A stretch of DNA of 64,000 bases from Klebsormidium nitens (Eukaryota > Plantae > Klebsormidiophyceae): NCBI GenBank assembly GCA_000708835.1, contig DF236992.1, positions 1-64,000 of the forward strand. The letters are read 5' to 3'. A model generated the notes under the pieces. That model searched no databases. It was given only the letters and a program-made list of their open reading frames with translations, and was not told where the DNA came from. Shown here piece after piece: positions 47,093 to 60,140 of the stretch. The position numbers and the translations under genes were made by a program. Each line of letters begins with the position of its first letter. Position 1 is the stretch's first letter.

Positions 47093-50000
47093 TCATAGCA
47101 ACGTGTCTTCCATCTGCCTTTCCTCTTCTTCTCGCAAACCCGCGCTGCCGTGACGAGCCCCCGTTACCGACGCGACTGTTTCAGCCGCCAGTCTGCTTGC
47201 TAATCGCACAATCGACGGCGAAGCGCCGCTCCTTTCTCTAGGGCTGACACTAGCCGAAACCGGATCGCTGTAACGCCGGGGACGAACCAAGCGCTCTCCG
47301 TTACTTTCAACGGGGCTCGTGTGCCGCCTCGATCGTTCTGCGGTGTCCAGATCCCCACCGCTTTTGACAACACGATCTGGATGGGTGATAAATCCTTCGT
47401 ACGAGGTCCGTAAGGGTTCCGGGGGCTGATTCCGGTGCAACAACGGCTCATCACCGGAACCACCGGAATTCTGCGAGACAAGTGGCTGCACGGTAAGAGC
47501 TCCCGCCTCCTCGGAACGTCTAGAGCTTCCCGCGGCGCCGACCAAACCCGCCTCGTTCGGATGTTCCGCTAAAGGACCCGACAGCCGTTTTCTACCACTA
47601 CTCCCTCCAGAACTCTCTTCTTCGAAACTCGTTCCCACCGCTTCAAAGTCCTTAACCTCGATACCCTGAGCTTTCTCCTCTTCCTGGTAAATGTCAGGGG
47701 CTTCCGATTCGGTCGCTCCGGGGGGGTGGATCGGCGGGCGTTTCGAGGGGGGGCTCAAGCGCGCGAGCTGTGCGAAGGTGGAAACTTCGGAGATGCCCAT
47801 CAGGCGCAGCTGGGCGGACTCGCCGGCCTCCTGAACCAGCGCCGCCTTCAGCGCCGCGAACTGCGGGGACTTGTAGAAGTCCTTCTCCAAGTTCTGCGAG
47901 GAGGAGGCGAGAACAGGGTCTAAGGACGGAAGCAAAGAGCCCTTCCTTCTGACATGTCGAAGTCTTTTTCCGCATACTGCAAAGGCGAGACGGAAAGCGA
48001 ATTGGTTGATGGAAGCAAAGAGAAGTCCTATTCCAAGTTGTGCAAACGCGAGGCTAGCACAAGTTCTATTGTCGGAAAGAAAGAGCCCGTGCTGATGGCT
48101 GCAGGTCAAGCATTAACTGCCCAGAGGTTGCAATGTCCAGTTCTGAATGAAGCCTGTCGTGGATGTTGTCTCTTGCTGTCTCACCCAAGGTCTGAAAGGC
48201 GGAAGACGTGTTGCAGGTAGCCCGAACAGTGACAGCTTTACTGCGGTCGCCTTAAGAAATATTGCATCGTTACTTTCTGCGCGCATCCAGGAACAATCAG
48301 AAAGCCTCTAAACATCTCAAGGGGACACACATCCCAATCAGGATGAGGTAAGACACACAACAGGCTCGCAAACTCCCCTCGCGAGCTTGTTCCCAGTGAA
48401 CGGGACTCACGCGACAAAAGGTCCGCAACGGAGGATTAAGGAAATTGATGTAGGAGGACCTTCCGCCGTTGGTAGGTGAGTGATTCGCGGCGTGTCCGTA
48501 AACATAGATACAGAAAGAGCGCCCGTTCCAAACAGACGGAAAGAATGCTGAACCGACCGCTCACACGAGGCTCCCAAGATCTCGTCCGCATTTTTCTGGC
48601 ACTTGCAAACCAAAAGCTCAAATTTTTGAGTCCAAAAAGGCGCCGCCTGCGCGAAAGATAGCGCCTTCAGGGTTCAAATATTCCCCTCCAACAGGACGAG
48701 ACCGCTATAGCCTACCGTCTGCATGATGCTCAGCGCCTCTCTCCGCGCTTCCCGGAAGAGGTCCTCCGCAGCCAGATCGTTGCGCCGCAGGATCTTGGCC
48801 CGCATGGCCGCCGAGATGTTGATCTGCAGGGGCGCCCCCGCGCGCACGTACTTCGCGATGACGTCATCCGCGGCGTAGATGCGCGCCTCTGGGGAGGCCA
48901 CGTGTCCCGCGTCTAGCCGCCGCTCGACGGCCTCGAAGAAATGGACGCACTCTCCCGCAAGGCGACTGCAGGGAATGCTCACAGATCTCAGGAATAAAGT
49001 TTTACCGAAGAGGGGTTTGAAGGGTTCGATGCACGGAACCATCAAAGAAGGGAGGTACGGAAACTGGGAGCTGGGAGCCGCCTAAGAGAACGGCAAAAAA
49101 ACCGAAACGCGCAGCCGCGTTCATAATCAATGACGGCAAATATAAGGCAGTCTCCAGGTCAGAAACAAGAAGCTCTCCAGGTCCAAAAGCAATGAGACGG
49201 GGCGAGAAAGGAGCATTCGTTTCGGTGCATCGAGACTGCATTGAAAAGCAGACTGCATTCTTTGACAATCTTTGAAGCCCACCAGAAGATGGGCTTTACC
49301 AGGCAAACAGAGCACGTGCCCACCTGTCGGCAAACTCTTTGAAGGCCTGCAGGAATCGCGGGAACCCGAGCAGTGTCTCCAGCCCCTCCGCCTCAAGCGC
49401 CTTCGCGGTGAGAATAGGCCCCATAGTCAGGGCGGTGTGGTCTCCTGCCGCCGCAAGTGGCGTATTTACACCGCCACCTGGCCGAAGGAGCCGCCGCACG
49501 GGGGCTTGGACGGGGACCCAGGAGAAGAGCAGGGCGGCCACGTCGGCCTGCGCACGTCAGATGGTGACGTATCAGCGATGACGTGTGAAACGATGAGGGC
49601 AGCGAAAGATGGCCCGATCAGGCAAGCTAACATGCATACGGGAGGGAATTTGATGAAACACGATGAAGGTCGGGTAGTGGTCAAAAGTCGAAAAACGAAG
49701 GGAGCAGTAAAACAATTTACCGCTTAAGAAGTGGAAGATGTCTAGAGACAGGGGAAGATAGCAGCGCCTAGGAGAATATAAAGGAGAAGGACAAGAAAGG
49801 AAGGAAATGAAGGGTTTGCAAATCAAGAAACAAGAAGAAAGGGTACTAAAACGGTGTGGAGCGGAAATAGAGAGGAGGAAATACGGCGAGCTTACAGCGA
49901 CAATGAGAGTGAAGCGCACTGCGACCTGCAGCTGCCGCGCCGAATCGCCGGCGATGCGCTTTGCGGTCCACAGGATCAGCCAGATGCCTGCAGAGGGAAT

Positions 50001-53000
50001 TGCGCTGAGCTTTTGAGTTGCTATGAGTCCACATGAAGATACACTCACTGTAACTCGAGAATGATTTCGTGTAAAACTTTTCGTTTCTCTCGCAATGTGT
50101 CTTTTGAAACCCAAAATGAGGTCTATTCTGGAAATAGTAACATGGTTCTCAGGTCAACTGGTTGACTGTATCAATCGTTCTGACAATTTGAAAATATATA
50201 CATGTTCGTCTAGGCAAGCTGCCCGACGCTAAGTGGGTGGTGCGCCGCCCTCGCGCAAGGGTTTGCAGCGCAACCCACCGAAGTGTTTGCGAAAAGCGTC
50301 GCTTTTTTGGACGCTCGGCTGCAGTTCAAAGCTGCCTCTGATGAGCTTCTTCCTCCCGATTCTTTGTGACGAAACGACCAAACGCAGATGATGGGTCTTG
50401 GGTCCTGGATTTGAGTCGCTTGTCCTTGTTTCAAAACTTTGGAAAATCGGAAAGCAAAGGAACAGCGGGCAAGCGACCGTAAGGATCACAAACCCCTGTA
50501 CACCTTAGGACTCTGTGAGGTCAGAACCGGAGACACCCACCAGCGAAGCACACAATCACGGCCGCCGTTCGCTTCTGGTCTCGGTACTCGTTGAACATGA
50601 AGTGGATCCCCCGCACCGACAACGTGGCGCCCAGAAACAGCAACACGTAGACCCCGTGGATTGCCGCCAGCACAACGTACCACCCCAGCGGCGCGGTGCA
50701 GCGGCCGGACTCGTTATCCAGTGCGCCGCCCAACTCGAAGGCTGCGGCGAATTGGGCGAATATGAAAAGAGGCTCAGATCGCTTCAAAGCTGACTCAGTC
50801 CCGTGCCATCCATAAGAAGGGGGACTTCCAATCGAAGCTGGTCAGGACACCGAGATTGAGTCTACGAGCGCATGCGTCTGGGGAATGGGCTTCCGAAATC
50901 GGATTGAGGAACATTTCGAACGATATCAATTGGAGTTTTAGTAGCGGATTTGGAAGAGCCAGAAATAATCGCATCTGGTCCGACTTTGCGGTAGAATACG
51001 AGTGCCCGACTTCGGTAAAAGTTGTTTTCTCAGAAGGATCAGGTGACAAATGAATTCCGTTCAGGAGATTTAGCATGGATCCTCCGCTATCTATGGATCC
51101 TGAAGCATGTAGAACCCAGGGACTCGCAAGAACGTTGGGCGTCCTACCGAGGGCGATCGCCAGCCAGGGGAGGAGTAGAAGCGTAACGACCCAGAACGGC
51201 GATAGCGGCGGATAGTGCTTCCTGCGGTTTTGAAGGATGGGGTCAGACAACCTGAAACCTCACAACAACGTCCTTTGAGGAAGGACACCGCGATGCTAGC
51301 TCCCAGAAAGACGGAACGTGATACCTTTCAGAGGTCGAGACGATAAGACCCACGTGGCGAGTGTAGAGAGCGAAGCAGAAACCCTAATCCTGAAGAGGAA
51401 CGAAGGAAAAGGAAACGACAAGCTCAAAGCGAGAAAGGGGGGCCTCACCGGACGAACACAAAGTAGAGCCGGAACCCCCGTGCCACGTGGCAGCTGATCC
51501 ACAGCCCGAAGCCGAGCAGTCCCCCCAGCCAGACTGCGCAAAAAGGCGCCGAGTCAGCACGAGAACCAAAGAGTTTGCGCTGGCTGTGGGCAACTATCAG
51601 TCCCTTCGGCTCGGTCGGCCCTTCTCCTAAAGATCTCCACGTCTCGATTGGCTTTCAACCAGTGTGAGATAACTTGTCTATTAGGAGCAGGGATTTCATT
51701 GTTTGAACAGAGGATGCATTGTAGCGTCGTCAGCCAACGTCATTATTGCCAGCATAGACCGCTACGCAGTTTAAGATAGGACTGTCAACAGATGCGGCCT
51801 TTATGCTGACAATTATGCCAAAGGCAGTACGATGCTACAGTCACTGGGACTGTGTAGCCGCCGTGCGAAAGTGTACGAGTTGAAATCCGGAAGATTCGGT
51901 TAGGGAAGTAGGAAGTTATAGGTCTCTTTGCCCACGTCTCGTTCACAAAATCTTCAGATCACTCCTTCTTTTGATTTAAATCCACCATTTCTTGTTTCTG
52001 CCTGGTCAGTCAGCTAACAGGGACGCAGGCGGGGCAAATAATAAAAGAGACGACAAAACGAAAACGAAGTCTAGGGAAGGAAAAGAATGTACGGAAGGAA
52101 TCAACGACCATGAGGAAAAACGTAACACCCACCTTTCCAGAGCGAGCAAGAGTCCCAAAAGCTGCCTCCAGGGACTTTGAACAGCCCCTGCGAGACCTGG
52201 ACGGCAGAAGCACAGCCCTGAGAATCTGTGCACGAAACACTCCCCATCGTGCGGCCCCACTCTCGGGAGCATTTAAATTCAACATTGCTTTGGTGGGCTG
52301 CGCAGAGTGCGAGCCAAAAATTAGAAGATTCGCTAGGGCTGAGTACCATTTGGCGCTTGGATAAACGACAGGAAAGGTGATGGAAACCAACAGAAAATAT
52401 ATGCCATGGGTGAACCAAATGAAATTTGTGGCACAAGAAGAAACTGCCCAAAGTCCCGTGCAGGCTTGTTCTTCGGACACCAGATCCGGACTTGAGGGGC
52501 AGGGGTTGAGCAGTGGGAAAAACCTACCACCATTGCGATCAGCCAGCACACACTGCTGGCCGCCCCCACCGTCACAAGAGGCACATGCTTTGCCCGCAGC
52601 GGAGGAAAGTGGCGGTGGTAGAAGACAAAGGCAGAGGTCACGAGCAGCCTGCAAGAGAGGGCTGCAGAATCTTGGGATCTGATGGGCATATTTAAACATT
52701 GGAAAGCTGGTGTTCTTGAGCCCGGTGTGTCTTTAAGATTGGGAGTCCGACACTTGCAAATCTGGCCTGCCGCTTAATACCTCAGTGTCTGTGTCTTGAG
52801 AGTTGGGTCTGTGGTTTGGCATGTGAGAGAGTTCTCAAACTCACAGGACACATAACCAATTTTTCCGGTGCTGAAATTTTCATGGATCAGAAGCTCTGGC
52901 TGAAGAGCAAGAAAAGCCAATCCAAACGAGGGAACACATTCTTTGAGGCGCGAGACTGGCTGGCACGGAGCCAACTTGGGGCCTGAAAGAATTGGCCACA

Positions 53001-53253
53001 AATCCGGAATAAGTTGATGCTTTTTCCCCGCAGGAGTGTTGCTTTGCAGTTGGGTTTTCTGGTGCATCAGATCTCCATATCTTAGAGCCTGTGATAAGAA
53101 CAAAGTTCTCGAGCTTTCTTCTTTGTTGCTGGGTTTTGTAGAGAACACCGGGTGGTGGGGGAAGACTGCTTACCACAGGCAAGTTACCCCAGTCAAGACG
53201 ACTGCAATGTAGTCAGTTGGGCACCCCCCTGCAGCATAGCAGGCGCGGCCCAT
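47093..53253 (-). CDS. RGS1: Seven-transmembrane regulator of G-protein signalling (plant 7TM-RGS)
   Basis: Exons 53253-53174 (MGRACYAAGGCPTDYIAVV), 52648-52528, 52196-52133, 51533-51449 (WLGGLLGFGLWISC...RLYFVFV), 51221-51148 (YPPL...LLLPW), 50741-50541 (AAIHGVYV...VRGIHFMFNE), 49987-49896, 49547-49324 (LETLLGFPRFLQAFKEFAD), 48965-48716 (LAGECVHFFE...GAPLQINISAAMRAKIL...DLF) and 47893-47093. These segments match remembered Arabidopsis RGS1 motifs in the same order. Confidence 0.93.
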
Positions 53254-55252
53254 TCCCCCCTTTTCGGCCATAGCAGCAAATTGTGAGCGTCGGGTTCAGA
53301 AACGTGCTATGGGCTGGTCCTCCATGGAACTGCGCAAGGAAGGGATCCCCTTGAATCCATCGCGGACAAAGGTGTTGGGCTGGCGGGGCTGACAATGTCT
53401 GCCTGGTTCAGATGCGTGTGCAAACCTGAGGTCGCTTCTGAGCTAAGCTGGGTGAACCTCCTCTGCCAAAAGATGAGCTCCGTAAAGTCGGTTTTAATGA
53501 CCTGCGACGGAGTCACTGAAGTTTGACTGCGCACCCTTCAGAAAACCCCATGCTCAGATTCTTCTCCGAAAACTGCCAATGCTATGCACAACCGTCGTCC
53601 CCAAAGTCTCATGTCATATGAAGCACTGCCATCCTTGAAGTGTCTTCAATACAATACAAGAGCGAATGCAATAATGCAGCGTTGCTGTGATTGCGGTGAT
53701 GCATTTGAATTCTCGGAAGGTTTGCCAGCTCACCCTAGCAAACCTTCATTTCTTTGGAGCGCCTCTTATCCCGTAAAACTCCTTTACAACTTCCATAAAC
53801 AGGACTGTATAAACTTATCGTCCAGACGAGCGGACTAAACATCCATAAGGGGTCCCTGACCCTTGACAAAGAAACCCATGCTTTTATGGCCTCCAGAGTA
53901 CTCTGACATGTATGTGAGGAACGCACCAAGCTGCGCAATCTTCGTCGCATCAGCCAGAATGCAGTGCACATGCTGTCAGACGCGCTCTTCCATCTGCCCA
54001 GAAGTCGCCTGTTCCCAACAGCTACAGAAGTTTGAAAGAAGAAGCTGCAGCCTGTATAGGGCTTGCTACAGGTGCACGCACAGCTGTGGTCCGCAAGGGC
54101 TCCCTGCAAGCAAGTGTCCTCACTCTGGATTTGTTGTCTTCAAGTTCTGACATTGGCTTCCGCTGGTCACTGGAACGTCTGGTCAAAGATTCGTGCCAGC
54201 TGTCAGCATTTCGTTGGTCAACGGACATCGCTTGTAAATGATCAAGTCTGGGGGGATCCCCGGCAAGTGCCTGCAACTCATGTAAATCGAAAGCCAACGG
54301 ACTGCATGCAACGTGATCCCGGCCATCAACACAGCTTCATACTTCATTGTTGGCACGGCAGCTTTGCAAATCTGCAACGTTCAATGAATTGTGTGCTGTT
54401 TCCAAAATACGCTTATGATTTTTAGTTCACGCACCGAGCGGCTGGGGGGATTTAATGAGGGTTATCGCGACAAGCTAGGAATCAGAATTAAGCGCTTCGT
54501 CAACGACCACCGCGTCTGCATACATGTTCAGCTCCGTTTTTCAACCTAAGGGACGATGAAATTGGCGAGAAGGATTTACATGTTGATACAATGAGACGTC
54601 ACTGATCGAGTACAATATTGCAGCTCGTTGGTGACATGTGAACTTAGACGATTGAGCTCGATTTGTTGCAAGCATGATATCAGCATAGAAGTCAAGAACT
54701 ACCACCACCTATCATTGAGCCACCGTGGTGGCGTGTGATGTCGGACCGACTCCAATATGAGTTTTGGGGAGGCAGATCATCGAGCTGCTACGGCCACCAC
54801 CTGAGTTTTTGATCAAAAGCTCGGCAGGCTCGACTGCAATGACCGCCCCACCCTTTGGAATAGGTACATGCATGTCGGGCAACCAGTTTCATGAGCTGTT
54901 CAAGATGTAAGATGCGATCATGTGAAGGGCTACAAGCAGCTAAGCACCGCATGCCTTGAGTGTATAATCAACTAAAACGTCGTTGACGGACAAGGACTAA
55001 TGTACATGCTGTATATCTAACCCTGCTTCTTTTGTTGAGTTGCTGTCGATGCATTCCAATGTGCAGTCCTGGCCCCTAAGCTAGTAAGCAGACTTCGTCC
55101 ACCATCTAGTTGCATCAAGGGTCACAGTAAAGAAATTCTTTTGTACATTTGGCCTCGGCCCAGTTTCAGTGTCTCCAGAGTGATAGTCTACCAGCTGCTG
55201 CCGTTGGCACTATATGTCAATCGACGTCCCTCCTCAAAGGCATCTATCCGCG

Positions 55253-58200
55253 TCATGCTACAACCGTCGTCCAAGTCCTGATCTCTCCCTTAGTCCGCCC
55301 CATCGTTTTGACCGCTTTCCACTCCGGTTCATCCTTCGTAGGCATCGGATTGTACACTTCCACCGAGCCGACATCCTTCCGCCTCCGCCGTTTCCCCGGC
55401 AACCCTGCTTTCACTTTCCCGCCAAACACATAGAGCCGCCCGTTGAGGCCGGCCATCCCGAACTTGTAGCGGCTGCAGTTTTGGGTCGGGGGCGCCGACG
55501 CTTTCCGCTTCCGGATGAAGTCCTTGTTCACACTCCCTGCTGGCATGGCGGTGTCGAGGTCGATCCAGTCAATGCGCGCGTGGCGACCATCATCCCCGGG
55601 GGCGTGCCGCGCCCCGTAAAGCTCCCCCCCGACGTTGGCCACCATGTAGGGGCTCTCGGACTCAGCATCAGCGTTTGCTAGAAAAGTCCAGGTGCTCCTG
55701 ATAAGAGAAGGTTGAAAGTCTAAGGTGACATCTACGGAAGCGCACTCTAGGTTTTGCACCTTGCAAGACCTCAGTCCAGTTTATAATACTTCAGAAGATT
55801 ACTGCCCGCCATTGACTACACAGTATTCTCGAACCCAGGCAGCGTAAGTTGGATCACGGGCAATGCGCTGTAAAACGCCTCAGCACAAACCTCATTCGTA
55901 GTTTTTGCAAGTCTAAAAGCAAAGGCTCAAGTCTCCAACGGACGCTTTCGTTGCAAAGAAGATCCGGCTAATGCACCTTTAGATCGGCTGGGGGCTGCGA
56001 AGAGCCCAAAAGTATTCAGGAGCTCGATTTCCGTAACCTAAGAACTTAAAATGACAAGATCAGGGTTGTGGATCGAGGCACCCCTCTCGTTCACCTTGCT
56101 AATGCATTGCATGACTTATTTCCCTTGGGTGCGAAAAGTAATAAATCCTTTTTTGGACCTGTACAAGACATGAAGCCTTTTCCGCCTCAGAAAAACAAGT
56201 CTCAGGAAAGGCATGCAGCACGAAAACAAAACACACAGCTCAAATGAAGTCTGCATCATCGCTTACGCTTCTGGGTCGAAGATGGCATGTCCCGGCTCCA
56301 CCAGGAACCGGTCACGTATCCACAGCCCCTGCAGGTGGCGGTTGCCCATCGTGCCAAAGTGGCGGTCCACGAGGCTCGGGAGGGGCACCCACGTGTCATC
56401 CTCTGGATGGTACACCTCGCCGTCACGTGAGTAGTACGACATCGAGCCCCCGGCCACCCAGATGCGGGCGCCGTCGGTGCAGCAAGCAAAATCGGCACGG
56501 GGGATGCTCATGTTGTTCGCTCGGCTCCACCTGAAGGGTTTGGGGGGGTCAAGGAGATTGTGAGAGGGTTATGGCGGCGTATCTAGCGGGTTGGGAGTCT
56601 GGTAAGAGGATGCGAAGGGACACGAAAGAGGGGAGAGGTGAGCTCAAAGAGAGGCCTTGCTTCTTGCTGGAAAGCTTGGGAGGGGGCTCAGATACAGAGC
56701 CAGTCAATACGTGTGAAGGAGCCTCTTGGAACAATCAATCATACGCTTCTGATCTACCCTTTTGTTTGTTTACCCGTGGCCATTATGTGGCTGATTTTCG
56801 AGACTGTCCTTGCCATGTCAGTCCAGAAGTCCTTCCCTGGTACTGTTACCTTGGGGGAACCGTCCCTCACTAGTGAGAACCCTCGGAGTTTCTCTGGGCA
56901 GCGATTGTCGCCCAAAACAGACTTCAACAAGACCTCAGACTTTATCAGTATGGGCCACAGATAGGACCACCCCACAAACTGCGTGCTTCTCTGCTTGACG
57001 AACTATGACCACTCAATGATCAAAAAATTTACAAGAGCAGCAGGTTAAAACTGTTCATATTAATTTCCAAAGTACACTCAGCAGAGATCATTAAATTAGG
57101 TAGCTCAGGGTGGTGATAAGCACCTTGTGATTCCAAATCACCTTTGAGGGGCCTGGTCAACAGGCATTCTCTCGCATTGTCCGAGAAGCAATCCAGGCGT
57201 GACTCTGGGCCCCTTGCAATATTGTGTGCTTAATGGGTAAACCAGAACGGATTTAACCCATGTATATCCTGTCACCTGCAAAGGGGCAGTTTCTCAAAAA
57301 TTAAAACGCACATTTCAGGTTGCTGGCGCCAGACTCACTTTCCTCGCTCCAGGTCGTATACGTACACGTCTCTCCTGACACTTCCTGCCAGCTGCCCCCC
57401 CAGAAAGTACAGCTTGGAGCCAACCCCGACGCATCGATGCCTGACCGTCTTCTTCAGAGCCTCTGCCTCCCACTCCATGTAACTCCAGTTGCCTTCCTTG
57501 GGGTTGAAGAGTTCCCAGCCTTGCCCCTCTGCAGACATGTCCAGCATGCTTTTAGTCTGGGGTGATTGCATAGACGTGTCAGGATCTTTGGAAGGAATGG
57601 GTGGCGTGGCAGAAGTGTCGCAAAAGACTCTCTGACTTCCTGAAAAACATGCTGGCCAAACCGGAACCATGTGAAGGCCTCAATCTGCAAGCGCAGAGGA
57701 ACTGCACTCCAACATTCCCAAAGATTCTTCAAGGACTGTCTTCTGAAGGTAAGAATGACTTCCAGTAAGCTAGGGTGTTGAATGTAGTTATGGGCGTCTG
57801 TGCAAAGACCTAGAGGGGCACTTGCGTCGGTGAAGGCTTGGGACAGCAACATGTAGAACACATGTTTTCTATGAAAGGACTGTTGAATGGCGGCGGAGAC
57901 AAAAAGTACTTATACGAGCTTGATGTCTGAAACGTTCTTGTAGCATCTAGACGTTGTATGTCCAGTTTAATAAGTTGCAACACAAACCCTCCCCTGAAGG
58001 GGTGGTACCAAAAGGTTTTTTTCGCGAGCACACAAGCATAATTTACCACCACATTCCTTTGACGAAAAGTTTCAAGATATGACCAGGAGCGAGCCTCACT
58101 TACCATGCGTGACACAGAGCATCTCTGTAGTAAGTCCCTGCTCCTTTCGCAATCGAAAGAGTTCTCCTGCATACAGATGGATCAACATTCAAATAGAGCT

Positions 58201-58916
58201 GAAGTGCTTACATTGCACTAATCCGCGCAAGTGATGGGTGCATGCCAGCACATTGGCAAACACAGAACCATGAAGTAAGCTGCAGGTTCCGGCTGGCATA
58301 GTGGGAAAGCTCTTCCGCCTTTTATATGGTGGTATGAAGTGCTTTCAGAAATCGAGGAAGAAGGACTTCTCTTTGTTTAAAGGAATTCAAGAAGGGCAAG
58401 CAGCAATATGCAAAAGCAACGTTTGACTATATTGACCAAGACTTTCAGGCCGAAACAACTGATCATTCATTGTGCAATTGCGCTACAAGAGATGTGTGCA
58501 GACTAATACCGATATTATATGAAGACTTTGCCCTATCACAATCACAACAATCAATTGCTGAAAGACCATACATATATTAACCGGATTCGTTGATGCAAAA
58601 GTTGCCGGCTCTCACCTTCTTCAATCAGCGACCTCCAACCCCTTGATACTTTCTTCATTTGCGCATAGCTGGCAGGATTTGCTCTTGGAAGTATCCACTG
58701 CCGCACGAGATCATCAGGGAGTCCTTTTATCAGCTCCTGCGGTCCGCTGGCCACTGCATTCTTTGAACAACCCTCGTCCACCACCATGTTCCCGTCTGAT
58801 ACAGAATCAAACAAACCATCCCCAAGAAGCTCCAGAAAGCTGTCTTTCAAACCTTCAGCCTGGGAAGAACCCTGACCTGGACGGCCAGCTGCGGCTCTGT
58901 TTCGTCTCTTCCCCAT
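55253..58916 (-). CDS. F-box/kelch-repeat protein
   Basis: Phase-consistent exons 58916-58616 (LIKGLPDDLVRQWILPR...VSRGWRSLI F-box), 58166-58104 (GELFRLRKEQG), 57639-57339 (GSKLYFLGG...VYVYD), 56530-56267 (MSIPRADFAC...IWVAGG...EVYHPEDDTW) and 55697-55253 (GRLYVFGG...VEVYNP...W). Confidence 0.9.
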
Positions 58917-59388
58917 GACTCTGAGGGAAGCTGATCTCACACGAGGAGGAAGGACGGCGCGCACCAAACCGAACCTGCTGCTGGTGCAAGGTTGGTGCAA
59001 GGTTGATCAGTTTCTTGTACTTAGAACACGATGATGTCATTATGACAGTCATTCCGACTCATAGGTAGCTGACTGAAAGCCAGAAGGAAGTTCTTCGCCG
59101 TGGATGGAGACCTTGAGCACATCGGACGGCTGAACGGTTTCTCAGGCGACATTTTCTTGTCTTTCGGATCGGCATCGGGCGGTCACGAAGAAGACAAGTT
59201 TCAGTTGGTTTAGATTTGGGCAGATCGACGGCTCACAATCGTCAGGATGGATGCAGGTGGCGTAGGAAGAACTTAGCCATTGGGAGTTGATCATAATAGT
59301 CATTGAAGTCGTCTTCCTATACTTACCCGTTCAAGAGATCTCCCCACACCAGGGACTCGTTGTTTGAACCCCCGCTTTTGGCGGCAGT

Positions 59389-59592
59389 TCATGGCAGTTC
59401 AGCCTTGCATGCCCATTCTGCAGAATCAGGATCCAGCTTGAAGTTGAAGTTGGAGCGCCTCTTCGAAGTTTTGAGAGCTTTGAGCAGGGAAAGGAGGTAC
59501 CTGTTGCGGAGCTTCCTGTTCGCCAAGGAAGACCAGCTTAGGTTGCGGCTGTCACAGAGAAAGGAGCAGGAGGCGGCTTGCTCGGGGTACAT
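59389..59592 (-). CDS. Candidate 67-aa upstream ORF in the leader exon of the F-box/kelch gene
   Basis: ATG at 59592 to TGA at 59389 gives MYPEQAASCSFLCDSRNLSWSSLANRKLRNRYLLSLLK...ELP*. About 70% of codons end in G/C. A consensus donor GG|GTAAGT follows at 59327. Confidence 0.45.
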   Translation of the reverse strand: MYPEQAASCSFLCDSRNLSWSSLANRKLRNRYLLSLLKALKTSKRRSNFNFKLDPDSAEWACKAELP

Positions 59593-59768
59593 TCTGCACG
59601 CGGCAAAGTGGAACACTCCGCAGAGTTAGCTGTTTGCCCCGCGCGCTCCTGGCAACCATTCCTATCACAGGGAAACGATTTTAGCTAGTGGTAAACACAG
59701 GAAGACTTCTTCCCTTTTTGGTAAACTCTGAAAGAAGCTGCTTCTAGCAAAGTCCGGTAATTTTTAAT

Positions 59769-60140
59769 ATGGACATTGATCAGCAGCCTTCGGCGGTTTG
59801 TCTGTCAACGCACCAGGGGCAGGTCCACCGATGCACCTACAACTGCTCCATCACACACGTTCTGGGGAACCTGTACCAGTGCAAGGACAGCGGAGCGACG
59901 CACGTGTGCGACTTCAATTGCGACCAGAGGATCGTGTATGACAGCCACAGCAGCATCTGCAGAGCCAGCAGGAAGATCCTGCCGCTCAGCTCTGCAGATG
60001 TGGTGAGGGGCGTCCGGCGGGGTCGGTGTGAGGAGGACGGGGGAACACTACGGTCAAAGAGGAGCAGGGACCTGGGGGGGTGCATTCCGCACCTGGTTCT
60101 TGGGGGGGGTGAGATGTCACATATGGACCTAGACAGCTGA
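59769..60140 (+). CDS. Small (123 aa) Cys/His-rich protein with a Herpes UL92-like / SKIP31 C-terminal-like motif
   Basis: Single ATG-initiated ORF containing HRCTYNC...GNLYQCKDSGATHVCDFNCDQRIVYDSHSSICRASRKILPL...VRGVRR. This resembles a conserved uncharacterised green-plant family as I recall it. Confidence 0.82.
   Translation: MDIDQQPSAVCLSTHQGQVHRCTYNCSITHVLGNLYQCKDSGATHVCDFNCDQRIVYDSHSSICRASRKILPLSSADVVRGVRRGRCEEDGGTLRSKRSRDLGGCIPHLVLGGGEMSHMDLDS

Noticed and set aside
31304-53253. Receptor kinase and RGS1 about 8 kb apart as a signalling gene cluster
   Set aside because: Receptor kinases can phosphorylate RGS1 in plants, but eukaryotic neighbourhood with an unrelated gene between them is not evidence of linkage. 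It would need conserved synteny.
59303-59629. 108-aa plus-strand ORF upstream of the Cys/His gene
   Set aside because: Starts at a non-ATG codon and is the antisense shadow of the better-biased minus-strand 67-aa ORF.
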